Shown here piece after piece: positions 38,871 through 50,245 of a stretch of 51,998 nt of DNA. This DNA is from an uncultured Thermoanaerobaculia bacterium (GTDB lineage: Bacteria > Acidobacteriota > Thermoanaerobaculia > Multivoradales > JAGPDF01): positions 1 to 51,998 of the forward strand of contig CAZQTL010000003.1 in the NCBI GenBank assembly GCA_964595975.1, given 5' to 3'. Position 1 is the stretch's first letter. Each line of letters begins with the position of its first letter. The notes under the pieces are model-generated. The model did not search any database. It was not told where the DNA came from and worked only from the letters and a program-made list of their open reading frames with translations. Made by a program: the position numbers and the translations under genes.

Positions 38871-39362
38871 ATGGCCGACACCAACTCATTCGACATCGTC
38901 TCCGAAGTGGACTTCGCCGAGGTCCGGAACGCCGCGAATCAGGCGGAGAAGGAGATCCTGACCCGCTACGACCTGAAAAGGGTCGGCTCGAAGCTGCTCA
39001 TCGAAGACGAGTCGCTGGTCCTCGAATCGGCGGACGACTTCACTCTGGAGCAGGCCCGCGAGGTCGTCGAGACCAAGCTCGTGCGCCGCGGAGTGCATCT
39101 CAAGTCGATGCGCAAGGGGGACGTCGAGCCGGCTTCGGGCGGCAGGGTACGGCAGAAGATCACCTTCCAGAGCGGCATTCCGCAGGAGACGGCGAAGAAG
39201 ATCGTCGCCGAGATCAAACGGCTGAAGATCAAGGTCCAGGCCGCCATCCAGGGAGAGACCGTGCGCGTATCGGGAAAGAGCCGGGACGATCTGCAGACTG
39301 CCATCGCCGCCCTCAAGGGCCTCGAACTGGACGTTCCGCTCACCTTCACCAACTACCGGTAA
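38871..39362 (+). CDS. yajQ: YajQ-family (UPF0234) nucleotide / c-di-GMP-binding protein
   Basis: 163 aa. SFDIVSEVD..EV.NA..QA.KEI..RYD.K and the C-terminal L.F.NYR are hallmark YajQ features. Confidence 0.9.
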   Translation: MADTNSFDIVSEVDFAEVRNAANQAEKEILTRYDLKRVGSKLLIEDESLVLESADDFTLEQAREVVETKLVRRGVHLKSMRKGDVEPASGGRVRQKITFQSGIPQETAKKIVAEIKRLKIKVQAAIQGETVRVSGKSRDDLQTAIAALKGLELDVPLTFTNYR

Positions 39363-39368
39363 CCGCGC

Positions 39369-40385
39369 TTGCCCCACAAACTGCTCGACGCCGCGACGCC
39401 CTCCGATTCCCGGGAGGCAGAACAGTTCGTCTCGCTCGTTGCCGACAAGCTGGCAGCGACCGACCGGCTGTTTCGCGACTGCCTGGCCTCCGATGTCCCG
39501 TTCATCCAGAAGTCGGGCGAGTACATCTTCGATGGCGGCGGCAAGAGGATGCGCCCGGCGCTGCTGCTGCTCTGCGCCCGCATGCTCGAGCGCGACGGCG
39601 ACGAGGAGGTCACCTACGCCGCGGTCGTCGAGCTGATCCACACCGCGACGTTGATCCACGACGACATCATCGACCACTCGTCCCTGCGCCGGGGACGCCG
39701 GACCATCAACGAGCTCTGGGGCAACAACCTCACCGTCCTGCTCGGCGACTGGCTCTACACCACGGCGATGAAGATGGCCCTGCGCCACGGTTCGGTGGCG
39801 ATTCTCGACCGGCTCTGCGACGCCACCCTGCGCATGACCGAGGGCGAGCTCCTGACCCAGAAACGGCTCGGCGCGATCGATCTCTCGGTTGCCGAGTACT
39901 TCGAGATCATCGACCGCAAGACGGCGCAACTGTTCGCCGCCGCCTGTTCGCTGCCGGCGCGCATCCAGCCGGTGCGCGAAGAGGCCATCGCGCCGCTCGA
40001 GCGCTTCGGGCGCGCCCTCGGCATCTGCTTCCAGCTCGCCGACGACCTGCTCGATTTCACCGCCACGGCGAGCGCCCTCGGCAAGCCGGTGCTCTCGGAC
40101 CTCAAGGAAGGCAAGCTCACCCTGCCGCTGCTGCTCCTCCTGCCGCGCATAGCGGCCCGGGACCGCGCCAAGATCGAGCGCGTGCTCGCCGAGCGCGCCT
40201 TCGCCTCGGTCGCGGCGGAGGAGATCCTGGAGCTGGTGGCGCGCGAAGGAACGCTGGAGGAGGTCGCCGACGAAGCTCGCCGCTCCGCCGACGTCGCGCG
40301 CGAGGCCCTAGCGTTCTTTCCCGACAGCGCCGCCCGCCGCGCGCTCGAGTTCGCGCCAGACTTCGTGCTCCACCGGCGCGCTTGA
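39369..40385 (+). CDS. Long-chain polyprenyl diphosphate synthase (IspB-like)
   Basis: 338 aa from TTG 39369. It has the first DDxxD LIHDDIIDHSSLRRG, GKRMRPALLL, and the second Asp-rich motif FQLADDLLD. Confidence 0.85.
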   Translation: MPHKLLDAATPSDSREAEQFVSLVADKLAATDRLFRDCLASDVPFIQKSGEYIFDGGGKRMRPALLLLCARMLERDGDEEVTYAAVVELIHTATLIHDDIIDHSSLRRGRRTINELWGNNLTVLLGDWLYTTAMKMALRHGSVAILDRLCDATLRMTEGELLTQKRLGAIDLSVAEYFEIIDRKTAQLFAAACSLPARIQPVREEAIAPLERFGRALGICFQLADDLLDFTATASALGKPVLSDLKEGKLTLPLLLLLPRIAARDRAKIERVLAERAFASVAAEEILELVAREGTLEEVADEARRSADVAREALAFFPDSAARRALEFAPDFVLHRRA

Positions 40386-41474
40386 CGGCGGCGGCGTGAC
40401 GCCGAGAATTCCCGCCACCTGCCCCTCGCGCGGCGCCAGCGCCGGCCACGACTCGGCGGTCGTCGCCAGGACTTCGGCGGTGAAGACCCCGGGCAATCCG
40501 GCCACCGCCACGTAGCGGAATCGGCGCAGCGTCGCGTCCTGAAAGAGGCCGGCGCCAGGGATCGGCGCGAAGATCGTCTGGGCAGACCAGGGGGGCGAGC
40601 CGATCGGCTGGTCGGAGAAGGCGATCAGCGCTGCGGAATCCGGCGGGTCGGCGCGTCGGTGCGCCCCTTCGCGGAACTGCAGCTGCAGGTAGCCCGTGCG
40701 TTCGCCGCCGAAGTCGAACTCGACCAGCGGACCGAGCGACGGCGGCCGCCGGCGGCGGCCGTTCGCTCTCCGCCAGGGGCCGTCAGCTCCCGGAATGCGA
40801 TAGAGCTCGGCCGCGATCGGCTCCGCCGCCGCCAGCGCCGACTCGAAAGCCGGCCGCACCGGACCGACGGCGGGGCTCCCCCAGCGGCCGAGGGGGCTGC
40901 GTCCGAGGAGACGTGGGCGAATGCCGGGCAGCATCGCGCGCTCACCGAAGAGGCCCCGCCAATGGGTCTCGTAGAGCGTCCAGGATCCGTCCGAGCGCAC
41001 CAGCTGCTGGCCACCGGCCGAGAGCTCGCACCAGAGCCCGCCGGCGCCGGACGGGCTGCGCAGCTCGACCACCATCCGGTTGCGTCCCGGGGTGAGCCAG
41101 CGCTCGACGCGGTAGCGATCCAGCGGAGCGCCGGAGGCGTAGCGATTCGAGCCGATACGCACGCCGTTGAGGAGCAACAGATAGTCGGCATCGCCGAGAA
41201 TGCGGATCTCCGCCTCCGCCGGTGCCGCCACGAGGTCGAACTCCTTCACCGCGTAGAAGCCCACCGCCTGGATGTGCCTCAGGTCGTGCTGCCGCCAGAT
41301 CCAGGTCGGGGCATCGCGCGCGGCGGCGCCGCCGAACGCCGCGGTCCGATGCTGGATCTCGACCGTGGCGAGGGCGAGGAGGACCACCACCGCAGCCAGC
41401 CAGGCGCTGCGACTCCAGGCGGAACGGGTCTCCCGGGTTGTGTTGCGACGCGACACCGCGCGCGACGGTAGCAC
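40308..41474 (-). CDS. Membrane-anchored hypothetical protein with a galactose-binding-like beta-sandwich region
   Basis: The start is GTG 41474 or 41456. It has an N-terminal TM helix (AWLAAVVVLLALATV). The region FYAVKEFDL..AEIRILGDADYLLLLNGVRIG resembles sugar-binding jelly-roll N-domains. Its 3' end overlaps the convergent ispB-like gene by 78 nt. Confidence 0.5.
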   Translation of the reverse strand: MLPSRAVSRRNTTRETRSAWSRSAWLAAVVVLLALATVEIQHRTAAFGGAAARDAPTWIWRQHDLRHIQAVGFYAVKEFDLVAAPAEAEIRILGDADYLLLLNGVRIGSNRYASGAPLDRYRVERWLTPGRNRMVVELRSPSGAGGLWCELSAGGQQLVRSDGSWTLYETHWRGLFGERAMLPGIRPRLLGRSPLGRWGSPAVGPVRPAFESALAAAEPIAAELYRIPGADGPWRRANGRRRRPPSLGPLVEFDFGGERTGYLQLQFREGAHRRADPPDSAALIAFSDQPIGSPPWSAQTIFAPIPGAGLFQDATLRRFRYVAVAGLPGVFTAEVLATTAESWPALAPREGQVAGILGVTPPPSSAPVEHEVWRELERAAGGAVGKER

Positions 41475-41511
41475 ACAGGGACGGCGCCCGCGGCCTTCCT
41501 TGCCTTCGAGA

Positions 41512-41540
41512 TTGACTCGCCCGGCGCGGCGAAGTAAATT
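41512..41540 (+). promoter_or_regulatory. Sigma70-like promoter of the kdsB-pyrG-kds-lpxL operon
   Basis: TTGACT (41512-41517), a 17-nt spacer, then TAAATT (41535-41540). The -10 ends only 5 nt before GTG 41546. Confidence 0.45.
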
Positions 41541-41545
41541 GAGAC

Positions 41546-44842
<3,297 letters not shown>

Positions 44843-44846
<4 letters not shown>

Positions 44847-45838
44847 GCTCTTCCGCCCCCCCACCGCGTCGCGCTCCACGGCCACCGCGCGAAGTCGCCC
44901 GCCAGGTTCTGGAGATCGAAGCCGCGGCGGTCGCCGGTCTGGTGGCCCAGCTCGACGAGACCTTCGACCGGGCGGTCGAGCGCCTGCGGACCGCTCGCGG
45001 TCGCGTCGTCTGTTCCGGCATGGGCAAGAGCGGCATCGTGATGCAGAAGATCGCCGCCACGCTCGCCTCAACCGGCACGCCCTCTTTCTTCCTGCACCCG
45101 GCCGAAGCGATCCACGGCGACCTCGGCATGATCGTCGAGGGGGACATCGTCCTCGCCGCCTCGTACTCCGGCACGACCGAAGAGCTCCTGCGGCTGGTCG
45201 AGATCCTGAAGCGCCTCGGCGTGCCGCTCATCGCCATGACCGGCAACTCGAGCTCCCCCATCGCCCGCGGCGCGGAGATCCACCTGCCGGTGGCGATCGA
45301 CAAGGAGGCCTGTCCGCTGAACCTGGCGCCGACCGCGTCGACCACCGCGACCCTCGCCCTGGGTGACGCGCTCGCCATGGCTCTCCTCGAGGCCAGAGGC
45401 TTCACCCCCGAGGACTTCGCGCGCTTCCACCCCGGCGGCCAGCTGGGCAAGCAGCTCCTGAGGGTGCGCGAGGTGATGCACGCCGGCGACCGGCTGCCGG
45501 CGGTGACCACGACGACTTCGATGCGCGATGCGATCTACGAGATGTCGAAGAAGGGACTCGGCATCACCGCGGTCACCGACGCAGCCGGAATGCTCGTCGG
45601 GGTGATCTCCGACGGCGACCTGCGGCGTCTGCTCGAGAAGGACGAGCAGATCCTCCGCCGCACCGCCGGCGAGTGCATGAAGTCCGGCCCGCGCACCATC
45701 GACGGCGACGAGCTCGCGCCGGCGGCGCTCCAGCGCATGGAGCAGAACCGCATCACTTCGCTCTTCGTCTGCGCTCCCGGCGGCCGGCTCGAGGGGATCG
45801 TGCATCTGCACGATCTCTGGGGACTCGAGCTCTTCTAG
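44843..45838 (+). CDS. kdsD: Arabinose-5-phosphate isomerase (KdsD/KpsF; SIS plus tandem CBS domains)
   Basis: 331 aa from ATG 44843, in an ATGA overlap with kdsA. Motifs are GRVVCSGMGKSG, GDLGM, SYSGTTEE and FHPGGQLG, followed by a CBS pair. Confidence 0.9.
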
Positions 45839-45847
45839 GATTCCTGC

Positions 45848-46414
45848 GTGCCCTCCTCCACGCCATCGCCGGGCATCTGGCTGCCGGAGCTTCAGGCGCG
45901 CGCCCGCGGCCTCAAGTGGCTGCTGCTCGACGTCGACGGCGTGTTGACAGACGGCCGCCTCTGGTTCGACGCCCAGGGCGAGGCTCTCAAGGTCTTCGAC
46001 GTCCGCGACGGCCTCGGCATCCGCCTCTTGACCGAGGCGGGGATCCAGGTCGGCATTCTCTCCGCCCGCAGGAGCGCGATCGTCGAGAGGCGGGCGCGCG
46101 ATCTCGGTCTGGCCGAGATCCTCCAGGGGCACGAGGACAAGCTGACCGCCTTCCGCGACCTTCTTTCGCGCCAGGCTCTCGCGGCTTCGGAGGTCGCCTA
46201 CCTGGCGGACGACCTGCTCGACCTCCCGGTGCTCGGCGCCTGCGGCCTCGCCGCCGCGCCGGCCGATGCCGCGGCGGACGTCCGCAGCCGCGTGCACTAC
46301 GTCACCGCCGCAGGAGGCGGCCGCGGGGCGGTGCGCGAGCTCGCCGAGCGGCTGCTCGCGGCGCGCGGCGTGTGGGAGGGGATCGTGCAGCGCTTCGAGG
46401 CCGTCGATTCCTGA
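45848..46414 (+). CDS. kdsC: Kdo 8-phosphate phosphatase (HAD superfamily, KdsC)
   Basis: 188 aa from GTG 45848. It has the HAD motif LLLDVDGVLTDG, then DG.G and a late Asp motif (YLADDLLDLP). Confidence 0.85.
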   Translation: MPSSTPSPGIWLPELQARARGLKWLLLDVDGVLTDGRLWFDAQGEALKVFDVRDGLGIRLLTEAGIQVGILSARRSAIVERRARDLGLAEILQGHEDKLTAFRDLLSRQALAASEVAYLADDLLDLPVLGACGLAAAPADAAADVRSRVHYVTAAGGGRGAVRELAERLLAARGVWEGIVQRFEAVDS

Positions 46415-46442
46415 GCGCGGGCGGCGCGCCGCCGGCAAGGCC

Positions 46443-47315
46443 CTGCGCTCGGCGCTGCTCACGGGAACGGGCAGGCTCCTCGATATCCTCTTCTCGCGCC
46501 TTGGCTGGCACCGCGCGCAACGGCTCGGCGGGAGGTTCGGGCGCCTCGCCTGGCGCCTTTCGCGACGCGACCGGCGCCGTGCCCTCGAGCACCTCGAGCT
46601 CGCCTTTCCCGAGCTCGCCGTGGGGGAACGCGAGGCGCTCGCCCGGCGCAGCTTCGTCCACCTGGGAATGCTCCTCGGCGAGTGCCTGCAGCTGCGCCAC
46701 GCGGCGGCCGACGCCCTCGCGCGGCACGTGACGCTCGAGGGCTGGGAGCACATCGAAGCCGCCCGCGCCCAGCGCCGCCCGATCATCATCGTCACCGGGC
46801 ACTGCGGCAACTGGGAGCTGCTGGCGGCGACGATGAACGCGCGCGGACTCGGCATGCTGGTCGTGGCGAGAGAGATCGACGAGCCCGGGCTGCAGACGAT
46901 GCTGCTCGACCTGCGCGCCCGCTTCGGCACCCGCACCATCGTGCGCGGCACTCCCGGAGCCGCCCGCGCCCTGCTCGGCGCGCTGCGCGGCGCCGGCGCC
47001 CTCGGCATGCTGATCGACCAGGACACCAAGGTCGAAGGTGTCTTCGTCGACTTCTTCGGGCGCCCCGCCTGGACGCCGGTCGGCGCCGCCGAGCTCGCGC
47101 TCCGCTTCGATGCCGCGGTGCTGCCGACTTTCATCGCGCGCCGCGCCGACGGCAGCCACCAGGCGGTGATCCACCCGGAGCTCTCCCTGCCGCCCGACCC
47201 GACCGCGGCGACGGCACGCATGACCGCCGCGATCGAAGCCCAGATCCGCAGCCACCCCGAGCAGTGGGTCTGGCTCCATCGCCGCTGGCGCCGGCGGCCC
47301 GAGGTGCAGCCGTGA
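46443..47315 (+). CDS. Lipid A biosynthesis (Kdo-dependent) late acyltransferase, LpxL/HtrB family; start codon unresolved
   Basis: Motifs are RRALEHLELAFPE, IIIVTGHCGNWEL (the HX4D/E-type acyltransferase motif region), LIDQD and EQWVWLHRRW. The 5' coordinate is the first in-frame CTG after the kdsC stop. Canonical starts exist only at 46266 (149-nt overlap with kdsC) or at 46620 (removes conserved sequence). Confidence 0.72.
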   Translation: MRSALLTGTGRLLDILFSRLGWHRAQRLGGRFGRLAWRLSRRDRRRALEHLELAFPELAVGEREALARRSFVHLGMLLGECLQLRHAAADALARHVTLEGWEHIEAARAQRRPIIIVTGHCGNWELLAATMNARGLGMLVVAREIDEPGLQTMLLDLRARFGTRTIVRGTPGAARALLGALRGAGALGMLIDQDTKVEGVFVDFFGRPAWTPVGAAELALRFDAAVLPTFIARRADGSHQAVIHPELSLPPDPTAATARMTAAIEAQIRSHPEQWVWLHRRWRRRPEVQP

Positions 47316-48952
47316 TCCGCGCCGAACCCGGCCGGCCGCTGAAAGTCTTCGGCCAGCCGACCGACGAACGGCGGATCTGCCGCATGATCTTCGACGAGCT
47401 CTGCGTGCTCGCCAACGGCGACATCGTCTGCTCGTGCGGCGACCCCTCGGGCAAGCTCGTCTACGGCAACGTCCTCCGGGACCGCATCGCGCCGATCTTC
47501 GACGGCAAGACCTACCGCGCGATGCGCAGTTGGCAGCTGCGCACCGAAGCCACGTCGTGGTGTCCGGTCATCCTGCAGCGTTGCGGCGGACGCGTCTCCG
47601 CGCCGGAGGCCGGCGATCGACCCGACGGACGCAGGGTGCGGATGCTGCAGCTCGAACCGATCTCACACTGCAACCTCGCCTGTCCCGCCTGCCCGGTGAC
47701 CCAGTTCGACGCCGACCCCTCCTACCGCGACGATCGCGCCGCGACCCTGCCGCTCGCGACGATGCTCGACGTCGTCGATCAGCTGCCGGCGCTCGAGAAG
47801 ATCCTGTTCTACAACTTCGGCGAGCCGTTCCTGCACCCGCAGGCGATCGACTTCCTGCGCGAAGTGCGCCGCCGCCGGCCGGAGGTCGTGCTCCACACCA
47901 GCACCAACGGACTCGCTTTCACCCCGGCGAAGATCGAGGCGATCGCTGCCGAGAGCCTGCTCGACCGCATCGTCTTCTCGATCGACGGCGCGACCGAAGC
48001 GAGCTATCGCCGCTACCGCGTCGGAGGGAGCCTGACGCGCGCGCTGGAAGCCCTCGAGAACCTCGTCGCGGCGACGCGGCGCCACGGCACGCGCGAGCGG
48101 CTCGACATCGTCTGGCAGTACATTCTCTTCGAATGGAACGACTCGCCGAAGGAGATCGCCGCAGCGCGGTCACGGGCGGCGGCGATCGGCGTGCCGCTGC
48201 GCTTCATCCTCACTCACACGGCAGGCGCTTCGCGGCGGCTGACGGCCGGTGCGCCCGAGCTGCGGGACCAGCTCGGCATCGAGGATCCCTGGACGGCGTC
48301 GACCTGCGACTTGCGCGCCGAGCGGCTCGAAGAGGCCGGGAGCCTCCGGACCGGCCGCTTCGCGGCGCGCCTGACACCTGCGTGCGATCGAATCCAGGCG
48401 CAGCCGGGAGGCCGCTTCGCAGTGGAGATCGTGGTCGCCAACTTGTCGCAGCGCGCCTGGGGCGACGACGACGAAGACCGCTTCCGGATCGGCGTCCAGC
48501 TGCGGCCTGCGACCGGGCCCGGCCGCGAAGACCTGCCAGCCGTCCCCGTGCCACCAGCGGCACGGCCAGCCGGAGCGTCGGCCACGGTGCTGATCGACGG
48601 CCGGGCTCCGGCGCAAGCCGGTTCCTACGAGCTGTTCCTCGACGTCGTCGAGGAGGGTGTGAGCTGGTTTCACGAGCGCGGCTCGGCGCCGGCCCGGGTG
48701 AAGCTCGACGTCTTCACGGAAGCCGGTTCGGTGACGTTCGAACCGTACGCGCTGGCCGCCGAGCTCGGTGCCGTTCTCGCCGATCGGACGGTTCCGGACT
48801 GGCAGCTCTCCGAATGGGCGGGCCTGCTCGCCTCCGGAACGCCGATCGCGACCCTCGCGAGCTGGATCCTCGGCACTCCCGCACCGGCCGGAAGCGAGCT
48901 GCGGCGGACGCGGGCGCACACCGCCGTCTGCGCTCGCCTCGGCCTGCGCTAG
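47312..48952 (+). CDS. Radical SAM protein with a Cys-rich N-terminal segment and an Ig-like C-terminal domain
   Basis: 546 aa from GTG 47312, in a GTGA overlap with the lpxL-like stop. It has CNLACPAC (CX3CX2C, 47669-47692) with a GEPFLHP-type SAM-binding glycine motif downstream. The N-terminus has C..C..NGDIVCSC...WC......C. The C-terminal ~230 aa include a beta-sandwich-like block (FAVEIVVANLS..W.. / GSYELFLDVVEEGVSWFHERG). Confidence 0.75.
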   Translation: MIRAEPGRPLKVFGQPTDERRICRMIFDELCVLANGDIVCSCGDPSGKLVYGNVLRDRIAPIFDGKTYRAMRSWQLRTEATSWCPVILQRCGGRVSAPEAGDRPDGRRVRMLQLEPISHCNLACPACPVTQFDADPSYRDDRAATLPLATMLDVVDQLPALEKILFYNFGEPFLHPQAIDFLREVRRRRPEVVLHTSTNGLAFTPAKIEAIAAESLLDRIVFSIDGATEASYRRYRVGGSLTRALEALENLVAATRRHGTRERLDIVWQYILFEWNDSPKEIAAARSRAAAIGVPLRFILTHTAGASRRLTAGAPELRDQLGIEDPWTASTCDLRAERLEEAGSLRTGRFAARLTPACDRIQAQPGGRFAVEIVVANLSQRAWGDDDEDRFRIGVQLRPATGPGREDLPAVPVPPAARPAGASATVLIDGRAPAQAGSYELFLDVVEEGVSWFHERGSAPARVKLDVFTEAGSVTFEPYALAAELGAVLADRTVPDWQLSEWAGLLASGTPIATLASWILGTPAPAGSELRRTRAHTAVCARLGLR

Positions 48953-49728
48953 GTCTCCGCCTTCTTGCCGCGGGTTACGAGCCAGGCGGCGCCGGTGCCG
49001 AGCAGATAGAGGCCGATCGTCGGGACGGCGAAGATGCACAGGTTCACGATGTCGGAGGTCGGCGTGATGATCGCCGAGACGACGAAGATCACCAGCACCG
49101 CCCAGCGGAAGTTGCGCATCAGGAAGCCGGGCGTCACCAGGCCGATCTTCGCCAGCAGCACGAGCACGATCGGCAGCTCGAACATGAGCCCCAGTCCGAG
49201 CATGATGGTGAGCAGCAGACCGTAGTACTTCTCCGCCGTGATCACCGGCATGAAGTCCTTGCCCATCTCGAGCAGGAACTGCACCGCGAACGGGAAGGCC
49301 ACGAGATAGGCGAAGACGCCACCGGCAAGGAAGAAGAGCCATCCCAGCACGACGAACGGCGCCGCCCAGCGGCGCTCCCTGGGATAGAGGCCCGGCGAGA
49401 TGAACGCCCAGACCTGATAGAGGATGACCGGCGCCGCGACGAAGGCGCCGGCGAGCAGCGCCGTCTTGAAATAGAGCAGGAAGGCGTCGGTAATGCCGAG
49501 GAAGGCGAGCTTCTGCCCTTCCGGCAGCAGGTGCCGCTCGTAGATCGGCCGGGCAAAGAAACGGCAGATCTCCGCCGCCCAGTTGAAGCAGGCGAGCATG
49601 GCGATGAACAGCGCCGCCGCCGAGTAGACGATGCGCTTGCGCAGATCCTCGAGATGATCGAGGAGCGACATTCGGGGCAGTTCGTCGGCGGGCAGCGCGC
49701 CGCCGCGCGGCTCGGAAGCGGCAGACAT
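48949..49728 (-). CDS. tatC: Twin-arginine translocase subunit TatC
   Basis: 259 aa. It has MSLLDHLEDLRKR, six TM helices and the typical FISPGLY..ER block. Confidence 0.93.
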   Translation of the reverse strand: MSAASEPRGGALPADELPRMSLLDHLEDLRKRIVYSAAALFIAMLACFNWAAEICRFFARPIYERHLLPEGQKLAFLGITDAFLLYFKTALLAGAFVAAPVILYQVWAFISPGLYPRERRWAAPFVVLGWLFFLAGGVFAYLVAFPFAVQFLLEMGKDFMPVITAEKYYGLLLTIMLGLGLMFELPIVLVLLAKIGLVTPGFLMRNFRWAVLVIFVVSAIITPTSDIVNLCIFAVPTIGLYLLGTGAAWLVTRGKKAET

Positions 49729-49736
49729 GGGAGCGG

Positions 49737-50141
49737 TCAGGCCGGCCGGCTCTCGCCTGGCTCGGACGTCTTCGCGGGCTGGACCTCGACCGCTTCACCG
49801 GCGGCCGGTGCCGGTTCTCCGGTTGCGGCAGTTTCCCGGTCGCCCGCTGGTGCCCGCTCGGACATCGGTCCGAGCTGAGGCAGGCTCGCGCCCGGCAACT
49901 GAAGCTGCGCGTGTCGCGGCTGCGCGGCGCCGCCGGCCGGCCGGCCGGGCGGGCGAGGCGGCTCGTTCTCGAGCGCGATCTCGGTCTCGATGGTGCGGCG
50001 GAGATCGCTCGTCGCCTTGCGGAACTGAGCCATCCCCTTGCCGATCGTCCGTCCGACCTCCGGCAGCCGCTTCGGCCCGAAGATGAGCAAGGCGAGGACG
50101 AGAATGAAGAGCATTTCCGGGAATCCAAGGGGACCGAACAT
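49737..50141 (-). CDS. Twin-arginine translocase TatA/TatB-family protein
   Basis: 134 aa from ATG 50141. The N-terminus is MFGPLGFPEMLFILVLALLIFGPKRLPEVGR (TM helix, hinge, amphipathic helix) with a Pro/Ala-rich tail. I cannot tell from length whether it is TatA or TatB. Confidence 0.82.
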   Translation of the reverse strand: MFGPLGFPEMLFILVLALLIFGPKRLPEVGRTIGKGMAQFRKATSDLRRTIETEIALENEPPRPPGRPAGGAAQPRHAQLQLPGASLPQLGPMSERAPAGDRETAATGEPAPAAGEAVEVQPAKTSEPGESRPA

Positions 50142-50158
50142 GGCAGCGACCGGCGGCA

Positions 50159-50188
50159 ATCATCGGCCCCCGGCGCCCACGGTGTCAA
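50159..50188 (-). promoter_or_regulatory. Candidate promoter for tatA/B-tatC
   Basis: The minus strand reads TTGACA (50188-50183), an 18-nt spacer, then GATGAT (50164-50159). This is 17 nt before ATG 50141. Confidence 0.3.
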
Positions 50189-50245
50189 GGCGAACCGCAC
50201 CGCGCGCGCCCTGAGGGCCCGCTCTTCGCATGTTAGGATCGCGCC

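Noticed and set aside
46266-46442. ATG 46266 as the lpxL-like start
   Set aside because: It would overlap kdsC by 149 nt and add a Cys/Ser/Arg-rich extension that looks like out-of-frame translation. I kept it as an alternative only (see the finding at 46266-46622).
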